Positions 55,793-64,000 of a stretch of DNA of 64,000 nucleotides are shown one piece after another (positions within the stretch are counted from its first letter, which is position 1; every line of letters starts with the position of its first letter). Below the pieces are notes generated by a model. It did not search any database. It had not been told where the DNA came from and saw only the letters and a program-made list of their open reading frames with translations. A program made the translations under genes and the position numbers. This DNA comes from Leptonemataceae bacterium. GTDB lineage: Bacteria > Spirochaetota > Leptospiria > Leptospirales > Leptonemataceae. The stretch covers positions 5,664,001-5,728,000 of the forward strand of contig OZ245742.1 of assembly GCA_965227295.1 (NCBI GenBank). Reading direction: 5' to 3'.

Positions 55793-57799
55793 TTACTTAC
55801 CCCAATCCCTGAATTCAGTGCCGCTGATGGTTTTTTCGAGTTTCATGTACTCGCCCTTCGCGGCCTGTAAAAGATGATTCATGTTCACCGGCGCATCGTC
55901 TTCGGCGGCGAGAAAGGCCGCCGACATGGCGATGTTCTTAATATTCCCTCCCGCAACATTCAGCTGCGCCAGGCGTTTATAGTTCAATTCGCCGAGGGGC
56001 ATCGCCGCGGGGAACGCCTTGCGCCAGATCTCCTCGCGCTGCCCCGCGTCCGGAAACGGAAACTGCACCACGAAACGGATGCGTCGCAGAAAGGCCGTAT
56101 CCAGGGAATTCTTCAGGTTCGTCGTTAAAACGGCCAGGCCGCGATAGCTTTCCATGCGTTGCAGTAGATAGCTGACTTCGATGTTCGCATGGCGGTCGTG
56201 ACTGTCCTTGACCTCACTGCGTTTTCCAAACAGAGCGTCCGCTTCATCAAAGAGTAGGATTGCTCCGCCGCTTTCCGCGGCGTCGAAGACCTTGCGCAGG
56301 TTCTTCTCCGTCTCGCCGATGTATTTGCTGACAACCTGACTCAGATCAATGCGAAAGAGATCCAGATCCAGTTCCCGGGCCAGCACTTCACCGGCCATGG
56401 TCTTACCGGTCCCGCTCGGCCCGGCGAATAGAGCACTGATGCCGAGGCCGCGATTGCTGCGATTGCCGAAGCCCCATTCCTCGTAGACCCGGGCGCGATG
56501 TTTCACCTGCACGGCCACATCCCGCAACATCTGCATTTGCAGCGGCGGGAGCACCAGATCGTCCCAGCCCGAGCGCACGTCGATGGGCTGCGCAAGATCT
56601 TCCAGGGCCGGCCGGGCCAGGGCGCGACAGGAACGCCAGAGGGCGCGGCCGATGTCATTGTCTTCGGGAGCGTTGCGCATCTCCCGCACCGTGGCCGCCC
56701 CGGCTTCGCGAATGCGTTCCACACCCAGGTTAAACTGAGACGTAATCAAACTGAGCACCTGATCGGCGCCACCGTTCATCGCCTGCCATTCCGGATACGC
56801 GCTCAGTTCCCGGCGCCAGATCTCGCGCTGCTCCATCGCGCTCGGCTTGCTAACTTCGATTCGTTGCATATTACCGGCCGGAATCAACGCCGGCACGGAT
56901 AGAATGCGCGGCACGCTCAAATCTTCGAAGAAGGCCAGAACGCTTGCGGCCGGATTGCGTTCCTCGGGAACTTCCACGAAGAGCACGAAACCTCCGAGCA
57001 CAACCTCGCGTTCCCACAAACGTGCCAGGGCCTCGCGCTCATCCGCCGCGGCGGGGACGGCCGTGGCCTGCATTTCCATGAGCCGCAGACCGGCGCGCGC
57101 CGCCGCGAAAGCCGCAAGGCTACGCTTATCCGCTTCGGCGCTTCCGTAGAGCTGGACGGCAGGCAAACCGGCGAGCCCGCCGACCGGAGCGCCCCACAGC
57201 TCGTTCATGAGCCCGGCGCTACGAAGACGTTCCCCGGATAACATCTCCGGTGCGGGGACGGGACGGATCATGCCGGCCAGCAGTTCGTCGCGGCTGGCAA
57301 GACCGAGTAAGTAATGCAGGACACGCTCCGGAATGCGCAGGCGGCGATGAATGAGTACGTCACCCGGTTCGCATTCAATCAAACGCCAGCGACGCAGCGG
57401 GGCATCGGGCAGGAGCGCGCTCCAGTGAGCTTCGGCAAGGGCGTCGAGGGCGACAGCGAAGGTCAGGCGCGCATGTCCCTGGGGATGGAAAGCGGCACAC
57501 AGCTCCGCGATCCTGGCATCCAGCTCAATGCCGGCGCACAGCAAAAGCAGATCGCGCTCGAAATTCGAAAGCTGAAATTCCTGGGTTATTTTTTCCAGGG
57601 CCGGCAGCATCCCGGAATCACTGTTCGATGCAGGCGTCCTCCCCGGAAGAGGAGCCGCATCGAAGGCCAGGTTCGGCACGTCCTGTTCACGCAGGGCGTC
57701 CAGGCGCCGCGAAAGCCTTTCGCGCACTTCCTCCAGGCGACCGCGCAGGTACAGCCGGTTCTCCTGCTCCCAGTTCGTATGTGTAAGACTGTTCTGCAT
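55793..57799 (-). CDS. eCIS AAA+ ATPase (Afp15/Pvc15-like)
   Basis: Walker A GPSGTGKT, VVSKYIGETEKNL, Walker B LLFDEADALFGKR, DRHANIEVSYLLQRME; FQLSNFERDLLLL N-terminal domain. Confidence 0.95.
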   Translation of the reverse strand: MQNSLTHTNWEQENRLYLRGRLEEVRERLSRRLDALREQDVPNLAFDAAPLPGRTPASNSDSGMLPALEKITQEFQLSNFERDLLLLCAGIELDARIAELCAAFHPQGHARLTFAVALDALAEAHWSALLPDAPLRRWRLIECEPGDVLIHRRLRIPERVLHYLLGLASRDELLAGMIRPVPAPEMLSGERLRSAGLMNELWGAPVGGLAGLPAVQLYGSAEADKRSLAAFAAARAGLRLMEMQATAVPAAADEREALARLWEREVVLGGFVLFVEVPEERNPAASVLAFFEDLSVPRILSVPALIPAGNMQRIEVSKPSAMEQREIWRRELSAYPEWQAMNGGADQVLSLITSQFNLGVERIREAGAATVREMRNAPEDNDIGRALWRSCRALARPALEDLAQPIDVRSGWDDLVLPPLQMQMLRDVAVQVKHRARVYEEWGFGNRSNRGLGISALFAGPSGTGKTMAGEVLARELDLDLFRIDLSQVVSKYIGETEKNLRKVFDAAESGGAILLFDEADALFGKRSEVKDSHDRHANIEVSYLLQRMESYRGLAVLTTNLKNSLDTAFLRRIRFVVQFPFPDAGQREEIWRKAFPAAMPLGELNYKRLAQLNVAGGNIKNIAMSAAFLAAEDDAPVNMNHLLQAAKGEYMKLEKTISGTEFRDWGK

Positions 57800-57829
57800 T
57801 ATCTTCTAACTTAGCTCTGCTAACTTCTA

Positions 57830-59089
57830 TTACGGAGCATCCAGGTCCACGGTCGGCCCGTTGAAGTCTCCACCGCCGTCCTGGCTCAGCAAACTCTGTA
57901 CGCCGTCGACTTCCACGCGCATGAGGTACTCTCCGCGCAGGACGTTCGTGATGGAGAAGCCCACCGTGCTGCTCGCCGTCGTCACCGGATCGGAGGGAAT
58001 CACGTACGATTCACCGTCCGTACTGCCGGTGCCCGTTAAGAGCAGGCTCACGGCCTGGCCGGCTTCGACATCCGGGGAAAGCGTGAGCGTCAGTGTGGCC
58101 GTAACGAGATCGTCACCGTCGACACTGAGGCCGGAGGTACTCTGTCCGCTAATCGCCGGGCGCAACAAAATCGGACACGGATTCGAAGTCGCCCGGACCC
58201 GCGTGACGGCGCCGTCCAGGTACTTGTGCACGATCCGCACGGCCCGCTGGCCGGCGGAGAGCCCCGAGGGCAACGTGAACTCCACACGTCCGGCCGCGGA
58301 GGCCGAAGGCGTCGTCTCCACGCTATCCACACGCACGTGAACCGTATCGCCCGCGACGGAGGGTGTTAACTTTGTACCAATGACACTTAAGTCGTCGCCG
58401 GCCAGGATGGCCGTATTCTGGCCCCCCGGAGGATGGACCTTCTCCACCAGCGGCCCGGAGAACTGCTCCAGGGCAATGCGACGCTCGTAGACCGGCAGCG
58501 GGGGCTTCGGCACCGCCGAATCCGGCTCCAGGAAGACCGCCGAGGCCCGGTAGGCGATGGACAGGGCGTGGGGCACCTGAAAGAACACCGACCAGATCTT
58601 CGACATCTCCTCTAAGTTTAGAGTGATCGGAGTTAAGCGGATCGATTCCGGCTGTTGGGCCAGGTCCGAATTCCCCAGGTAATGCGTGGGATCGTTCGTC
58701 AGGATCTTTTGAATCACCGCTTCAATGAACTCCGCGCTCAAGAGCGGTTGCGCGTGCAACAACGTGACCACGCCGCCCATCAAACGCTGGTGTTCCAGCA
58801 ACGAATGATCGCCGTAGAACGAAAGAATGAAGTCCAGGTCCAGGACGGCCTGCGGTTTGTTGCGCAGATCGCCGTTGCCGGCCCGCGTCGGAAGATCGTT
58901 GTTGCGGAACGCCGGATTCGGAATACTCTGATACAGATACAGATTCACCCGGGCTGCCGGGGGATCCGTATCCGCGTCTTTGGGACGCAGCGACGAAACC
59001 GTGACACCGGGCACCACCGAACTCACACTGTCGGCGATGGCCTCTTTCAGGATTTCCGTAACCGCGGCGATGGAAAGATAATTGCTCAC
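57830..59089 (-). CDS. DUF4255 / Pvc16-like cap protein with C-terminal Ig/IPT-like domains
   Basis: MSNYLSIAAVT, VNLYLYQ...NPAFRNNDLP, LEEMSKIWS...SIAYRAS motifs; beta-rich C-terminal half ending GEYLMRVEVDGVQS. Confidence 0.88.
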   Translation of the reverse strand: MSNYLSIAAVTEILKEAIADSVSSVVPGVTVSSLRPKDADTDPPAARVNLYLYQSIPNPAFRNNDLPTRAGNGDLRNKPQAVLDLDFILSFYGDHSLLEHQRLMGGVVTLLHAQPLLSAEFIEAVIQKILTNDPTHYLGNSDLAQQPESIRLTPITLNLEEMSKIWSVFFQVPHALSIAYRASAVFLEPDSAVPKPPLPVYERRIALEQFSGPLVEKVHPPGGQNTAILAGDDLSVIGTKLTPSVAGDTVHVRVDSVETTPSASAAGRVEFTLPSGLSAGQRAVRIVHKYLDGAVTRVRATSNPCPILLRPAISGQSTSGLSVDGDDLVTATLTLTLSPDVEAGQAVSLLLTGTGSTDGESYVIPSDPVTTASSTVGFSITNVLRGEYLMRVEVDGVQSLLSQDGGGDFNGPTVDLDAP

Positions 59090-60153
59090 AGGGCCTCTCC
59101 GTTAACTCGCTTAAGATATTCTTCGAGTGACATTGGACGATGACTCGACTGTTCCGCGGCCGGCGCCGGAGCGGAATGAGCCGTCTCGGAAACCGAACGC
59201 ACTTCAATACGGCCGATGTGAATGCGCACCGCCGGCTCGTTCGACGGCGACTGATCCAGCCCGCGCACCGCGGGCGGCGCAGCGTTCGGTCGATGCAGCA
59301 GCGGCGGCGCTTCAAAGAACGCGCTCTTACCGGGACGTACGGGCGGCAACAACGGAGCGTCGTTGATCCCGGACGGGGTCCGGCCGGAAACGCCGACAGG
59401 CGAATCATCAAAAAATGTCTGCTTATGAAAGTTTTCCACTTCTCCGACTTCGGTGGAACGCGGAGCTTCGTAACGGGGTTCGACTCCCGACATCTCATCG
59501 CCCCGGGTGTTAACCGGCGGCATGAGATCACCGGCGAAAGAATCGACGATCGACGCCGATGAATCCCGGGTCTCCAGCGGAACTGCGCCCGCGCGCATCG
59601 AAGACTGCGGCCCGAGATCGGAAAAATCACGGCGCTGCGTCGGTCCGGCAGGGGAAGCCGGCAACACTCCGCTCTCGTTCGCGGCCGGAGTACCCGGAGC
59701 GGACGGAGTGCCCGGAGCGGTCGGAGCATTCGCAGCCAGGCCGGACAATGCAGCCGGCGCCGCGGACGGTGCCGCGCGACGTTGCACAGGCAGGTCCGCG
59801 TTGCCGTCACTCCGCGGCATGAGGTCACCGACTGGTGACTCTTTCCGCTCATTTTCTTCGGAAGCGGTTGCGGGTTCACCGCTCGCCCGTCGCAGAGTAC
59901 TGGCGTCGGCCTGGATCTTGCGTTGCACGGACGGCGCGGCTTCCTCGGTTTCTTCCGGTTCGGCCTCCGGGGAACGTGCGAGGCGCTGCGCTCCGTTTCC
60001 GACAATCGGTGCACCGCCCTCTTCGATGGAAGCATCCCCTCCCTCTTCCCGGGCGTAGCGCGAGACGAAAAGCGGTCGGGCCTTCGGCAGACTGCCGAGA
60101 TTTCGCTGAACCATTCGTTTAATAAAATTACTCATGATCGTACTTACGCTCAT
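59086..60153 (-). CDS. eCIS hypothetical protein, largely disordered (Pro/Ala/Ser/Glu-rich)
   Basis: Overlaps both neighbouring genes by 4 nt; C-terminal VRIHIGRIEVR...SLEEYLKR motif. Confidence 0.8.
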   Translation of the reverse strand: MSVSTIMSNFIKRMVQRNLGSLPKARPLFVSRYAREEGGDASIEEGGAPIVGNGAQRLARSPEAEPEETEEAAPSVQRKIQADASTLRRASGEPATASEENERKESPVGDLMPRSDGNADLPVQRRAAPSAAPAALSGLAANAPTAPGTPSAPGTPAANESGVLPASPAGPTQRRDFSDLGPQSSMRAGAVPLETRDSSASIVDSFAGDLMPPVNTRGDEMSGVEPRYEAPRSTEVGEVENFHKQTFFDDSPVGVSGRTPSGINDAPLLPPVRPGKSAFFEAPPLLHRPNAAPPAVRGLDQSPSNEPAVRIHIGRIEVRSVSETAHSAPAPAAEQSSHRPMSLEEYLKRVNGEAL

Positions 60154-60908
60154 GCGCCCAACATCGCCATGTAGGATCGCCTGCGCCGGACGCTCATGCG
60201 CAGGATCTCCGCTTCGCTCCAGCCGTAGTACCGCGCCAGGCTGTGAACTTCGTAGAGAAGCTCTTTGGCCCGGGACGACAGTTCGGCCCAGAGAAAGTCG
60301 GCCACGTCCAGAAGTTGCTGAAACTCCCGCTCGCAGACCGGACACTGAAGATTCAAAAGAATCTCCGCCTGGGGATCGGCCTCGGCCATGGCCGCCGCCG
60401 CCAATCCCTGTTCGAAATCCGTAAGCTCATCCACACTAACTTCTTGCGAATGTGAATCAGCTTCCGTCTTCGAACGTTTCGCTTTGGTTACGCATCGGCG
60501 TAACAGCGTGCGGTACGCTTCGTTCTCGGTTCCCGTGCTCAGGGCCGCCGCCAGATCGAATGAATCCGGCAGGCGAAACTCCACGCTCAGGTTTCCCCAT
60601 TCACGCCGCAGGACCTCGTCGTTTTCACGCGTCTCTACGTTGGCCCGAACGTCCCCGGTCTCCAGTTGGAGCTCCATCGGCTCCTGGCAGCCGGGGCATT
60701 CGGCGTAAACATTTAGTTCGCGTCCGAACAAACGTTCGCGAACATCCAGGAGCAACTCGTCCCGCCGGCCGATACTCAACGCCGCGAATTCGCGGCGCGG
60801 AGTATCCGGTGCGTTCAGGCTGAGCAGAGCCAGTGCCCGATCCACGGGATGCCGACTCTGCCCGTCTTCCCAGATCCGCAGTACGGCGGCGGCGGAAAGA
60901 GAGCTCAT
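60150..60908 (-). CDS. tail/baseplate assembly chaperone-like protein
   Basis: WEDGQ, LSIGRRD, CPGC, FRLP...DL, DPQAE...CPVC and EVHSLARYYGWSEAEIL...RRRSY motifs. Confidence 0.82.
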   Translation of the reverse strand: MSSLSAAAVLRIWEDGQSRHPVDRALALLSLNAPDTPRREFAALSIGRRDELLLDVRERLFGRELNVYAECPGCQEPMELQLETGDVRANVETRENDEVLRREWGNLSVEFRLPDSFDLAAALSTGTENEAYRTLLRRCVTKAKRSKTEADSHSQEVSVDELTDFEQGLAAAAMAEADPQAEILLNLQCPVCEREFQQLLDVADFLWAELSSRAKELLYEVHSLARYYGWSEAEILRMSVRRRRSYMAMLGA

Positions 60909-60926
60909 ACGATCGCCTGGGCGAAA

Positions 60927-61451
60927 TTACGCCGGTGCCAGGAAGGAAGGCTCAGCGGGTTCTACGACTTCTACGTCGCGCTCCCAGCCTTCGTTCTCGA
61001 GCTTGATGCTCTGGATCGCGATGGCGTTGCCGTTCGCGTCCAGTTCCGGCAGAGCCTGGAAATCCGAAACCCAGCAACGGTAGATCTTGTACGAGATCGC
61101 GAGCTGACCGGCTTCGTTGTAAACTTCCAGGATGATGTCCTTACGGAAATCCTGAAGGGACGTCTCGGCACCGAGACCGGCGCCGTAGTTCCAGACTTTG
61201 TTCGCCCACTGCTCGAAGTCTTTATCGTGAGTGACGCCGCGTTCGAGCATGATCGCTTCGAAATCGGACTTACCCGGAGACTTGCGCGTAGAGCTGGGAT
61301 CGCCGCCTTCGCGGTGTTTTACGACTTCCGTCGTCCGCTTGAGGGCGCCGACCTTGGAAACACCGGCGACGTAGCGGCCGTCCCATTTGACCCGGAACTT
61401 GAAGTTCTTGTAAGGGTCGAATCGGTTTGCATTAACACTGAATTGTGCCAT
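60927..61451 (-). CDS. tail tube protein (T4 gp19-like)
   Basis: RFDPYKNFKFRV, HREGGD, LERGVT and ELDANGNAIAIQSIKLENEGWERD motifs; GGAGG SD. Confidence 0.95.
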   Translation of the reverse strand: MAQFSVNANRFDPYKNFKFRVKWDGRYVAGVSKVGALKRTTEVVKHREGGDPSSTRKSPGKSDFEAIMLERGVTHDKDFEQWANKVWNYGAGLGAETSLQDFRKDIILEVYNEAGQLAISYKIYRCWVSDFQALPELDANGNAIAIQSIKLENEGWERDVEVVEPAEPSFLAPA

Positions 61452-61488
61452 CTAAGTTATCCTCCAATAAACCTTACGAAGCCGGCGA

Positions 61489-62709
61489 TTAAGCCTGCCC
61501 CGCGATCTGCTGCAGCTGGATGATCACGAATTCCGCCGGCTTGAGCGGCGCGAAACCTACGATCACGTTGACGATACCCTTATCGATATCGCTCTGCGGA
61601 TTCACCTCGGCGTCGCACTTCACGAAGTACGCTTCCCGCGGGGAAGTTCCCTGGAACGCTCCCTGACGGAAGAGATCCTGCATGAACGAACCGACATTCA
61701 GGCGCAGTTCGGCCCACAGCGGTGCGTCGTTCGGTTCGAAGACGGCCCACTGCGTTCCGCGGAAAAGGCTCTCCTCGATGTAGAGGGCCAGACGGCGAAC
61801 GGGCAGATACTTCCACTCGCTCGCGGCCGCATCGGTACCGGCCAGAGTCCGCGCGCCCCATACGATACGACCGGCCGGCGGCTTGGAACGCAGGCAGTTA
61901 ACCGCCAGCGGATTCAAGTTACCGTTCTCGGCATCCGTCAGAGGAACGCTGAGCGCGGGCACGCCGTTGAGTCCGGCTTCAATACCGGCGGGCGCTTTCC
62001 ATACGCCCCGGTTCGCATCGGTGGTGGCGATGACGCCGGCGACGGCACCGGAAGGCGCGTAAGTCTTGATCTGGTTGCTGTCGAGGGGATCGGGTTGACG
62101 CAGCCGCGGGAAATACAACGCCGCGTTCTTCTTCTGAGTCGCGCCGATCGTGATGTCCGTGCCGACGTTGGAAACGGCGGTTGCGCTGTCGGTCCAGGTG
62201 GACGGCGGATCAACGAGCAGCATCGCACGACGTTCCTCGCAGTAGGTGGCTGCCGTAGCATATACGGAAGCATCTACTTCGTTGAAGGTGTACGAGCCGT
62301 CACCGTTGTCGGTGGAATCCGGCAGGATGCAGAGTAAGTTAAAGAGATCCGCATCTTCCAATGCATAGATCCCGGTTTTGCTCGCCTGCGAACCGTTGTA
62401 TTCGGTTGCTCCGGCTTCGGAACCGGAAAGCTGTCCGGACTCCGCCACACTGACGATGATTGCGGTAGAACCGCCGTTTACGTAGTAGTCACGAACCGCG
62501 TAGCTCAGAGGGCTCGAGGCATCGAGACCGCCGAAGATTCGTTCATACTCGCCGAAGCTGTTCACCTGTACGGGCGTATTGGTCAGCTCTGCATCGCTGA
62601 CCGGCGTCGTGCCGACGAACGCGGTAATCGACGTGGCCACACCGACTAAGGTGCGCACGCCGCTGGGAATTTCCTGAATATAAACTCCAGGATAGGAAGT
62701 TGTAACCAT
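61489..62709 (-). CDS. contractile tail sheath protein
   Basis: YPGVYIQEIPSG, RGVWKAPAG, WGARTL, WKYLPVRRL, FEPND and GFAPLKPAEFV motifs; start ATG 62709 after a GGAGAG SD. Confidence 0.96.
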   Translation of the reverse strand: MVTTSYPGVYIQEIPSGVRTLVGVATSITAFVGTTPVSDAELTNTPVQVNSFGEYERIFGGLDASSPLSYAVRDYYVNGGSTAIIVSVAESGQLSGSEAGATEYNGSQASKTGIYALEDADLFNLLCILPDSTDNGDGSYTFNEVDASVYATAATYCEERRAMLLVDPPSTWTDSATAVSNVGTDITIGATQKKNAALYFPRLRQPDPLDSNQIKTYAPSGAVAGVIATTDANRGVWKAPAGIEAGLNGVPALSVPLTDAENGNLNPLAVNCLRSKPPAGRIVWGARTLAGTDAAASEWKYLPVRRLALYIEESLFRGTQWAVFEPNDAPLWAELRLNVGSFMQDLFRQGAFQGTSPREAYFVKCDAEVNPQSDIDKGIVNVIVGFAPLKPAEFVIIQLQQIAGQA

Positions 62710-63258
62710 AAGGCTCTCTCTCCAAAAGTGGTCTTGCTGAACTTGCGAGGACGACTCTACACTTTCGGATTTTCGTTCGCAGCCACATTTTGGAACGGGG
62801 CTGCGCGAGACGGCGTTTATTTGCGTTATTATAAGATTGTGAAGCGGCTTAACTTGCGATACACATACTCTTAAGGATTTTGATACTCCGCGACATGCAG
62901 CGGGAACAGTGTTTCGTAAATCGAAGACGGGCTGCAAATATTGAAACAGGGAATTCCTCAATCATGAGGAGGCTCTGCGACGGGGATCGCAGGAGATTCA
63001 CCCTCGGGGGCATGGCCTCGCCCTGGCTCTGAGGTTCAATACGAAAAGCGAAGCTCCACTACCGACGTTCCAGGCCGAAGGCAATCCTCTATTGAAAACG
63101 ACATTCCTCATCTCCCACCGGTTGCGACCATAACCACACGCTCCACGTCCGAATCGTATCATGCGGATATGGGGCCCGGCGAAGAGCGATTGAGCCAGCC
63201 GGGAACGTCACGGCCATAGCTCCCGGGTCAAAAACTCGCTTCCGGCAGGATCTTTTTC

Positions 63259-63297
63259 TTTACACATAACACAAGTGTTATATAATGAAATTATTAT
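63259..63297 (+). promoter_or_regulatory. sigma70-like promoter overlapped by probable ArsR operator sites
   Basis: TTTACA (63259)-16 nt-TATAAT (63281); palindrome ATAACAC-AA-GTGTTAT (63266-63281) and ATAAT-N6-ATTAT (63282-63297) abutting the ATG. Confidence 0.6.
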
Positions 63298-63675
63298 ATG
63301 TCCACGACTCAGCTCGATCGCACCTTTGCCGCCCTGGCGGACCCTACCCGGCGGGCCATTCTCGCGCGTCTGGCCCGGGGAGAGGCCACGGTCATGGAAC
63401 TGGTGGAACCCTTCGCCATCAGCCAGCCGGCCGTTTCGCGGCATCTCAAGGTTCTGGAAGAGGCCGGCCTCATCTCTCGCGGTATCGAAGGCCAGACCCG
63501 GCCGTGCCGCATCGAAACGGAACCGCTGGAAGAGATTACGGACTGGCTGGAAAATTACCGGCGCATCCTGGAACACAACTACCGGCGCCTGGACGTGCTC
63601 TTAAAAAAGATGCAGGTCGCCACCGCGCCGAAGCCGGGCCCCCGCACGAAAAAGAAACGAACCAAAAAGAAGTGA
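63298..63675 (+). CDS. ArsR/SmtB family transcriptional regulator
   Basis: FAALADPTRRAILARL...ISQPAVSRHLKVLEEAGLI motif. Confidence 0.93.
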   Translation: MSTTQLDRTFAALADPTRRAILARLARGEATVMELVEPFAISQPAVSRHLKVLEEAGLISRGIEGQTRPCRIETEPLEEITDWLENYRRILEHNYRRLDVLLKKMQVATAPKPGPRTKKKRTKKK

Positions 63676-63685
63676 GGTTTCCGAA

Positions 63686-63853
63686 ATGGAACAGGTCAAA
63701 CGACTCCACATTCAAAAGTCCGGCGAGCGCGAGTTAGTGATCACACGCACCTTCGCGGCTCCGCGGCAACTCGGCGCGGGCACCTCGCGCTCCACGATTG
63801 TATGCCGCGCGGCCGGACGACACGGAATAAACCCATGGCCCTGGATTCCGTAA
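63686..63853 (+). pseudogene. truncated SRPBCC/AHSA1-family gene
   Basis: MEQVKRLHIQKSGERELVITRTFAAPRQL matches an AHSA1 N-terminus; similarity is lost after about 63770 and a stop follows after 55 aa. It occupies the usual position after this ArsR type. Confidence 0.7.
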
Positions 63854-64000
63854 GTCTCATCCTGAGCGTCGAAGCGCGTTTTTCGATTCACATATCCGGC
63901 GAGGAGGCGGCGCGGATTCACACTGTCGGCGATTTGCACGCGACAGTCTGCGAGAAACTCGGCGCAGCGGAACCGCACCAGGGGGCGGCAATCTACAACG
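63835..64000 (+). CDS. acyl carrier protein-like (partial, runs off window end)
   Basis: Manual translation MALDSVSLILSVEARFSIHISGEEAARIHTVGDL, with an LDS phosphopantetheine motif and TVGDL. Confidence 0.7.
   Translation, partial: MALDSVSLILSVEARFSIHISGEEAARIHTVGDLHATVCEKLGAAEPHQGAAIYN

Larger units (their letters stand above)
42418..62709 (-). other. extracellular contractile injection system (eCIS, Afp/PVC-like) gene cluster
   Basis: 17 co-oriented, mostly abutting genes: sheath, tube, chaperone-like, disordered protein, DUF4255, AAA ATPase, small protein, DUF4157, tube initiator, LysM-like, hub, spike, PAAR-like, gp25, two baseplate proteins and a wedge protein. No capsid, terminase or portal. 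Confidence 0.93.

Noticed and set aside
42418..62709. Prophage or type VI secretion system
   Set aside because: No capsid, portal, terminase, integrase or lysis genes, and no TssJLM, TssA or ClpV. DUF4255, DUF4157 and the Afp15-like ATPase indicate an eCIS.
62710..62961. N-terminal extension of the sheath protein
   Set aside because: The conserved YPGVY motif follows Met 62709, which has an SD-like site; the upstream translation looks non-coding.

Overview
GC-rich bacterial chromosomal segment. Several genes resemble Leptospira-type families (LruC-domain lipoprotein, spirochaete-style lipoproteins, sugar-binding/7TM sensor), so a Leptospirales/Spirochaetota source is inferred but not proven. 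The first ~42 kb holds housekeeping and accessory genes: hslV (partial), xerC, a di-hemerythrin plus ZIP transporter, a NucA-type nuclease, CapA, DUF368, a DUF3556/phytoene-desaturase-like cluster with TetR, pta/ptb-ackA, an intact IS5-family element with a CTAA target duplication, and a Uma2 nuclease. Two things stand out. (1) A 17-gene, ~20.3 kb minus-strand contractile injection system of the eCIS (Afp/PVC-like) type at 42418-62709. Its second baseplate protein carries an inserted 7-blade WD40-like propeller, it has no recognisable tail-fibre gene, and its DUF4157 protein has no C-terminal toxin domain. (2) An unrecognised modular non-coding repeat family with 10 core copies (two tandem arrays plus one inverted solo copy), carrying optional hairpin modules, one with a compensatory base-pair change and a C(UUCG)G loop. 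All family assignments come from recognising motifs by eye; no searches were run, and several start codons are best guesses.
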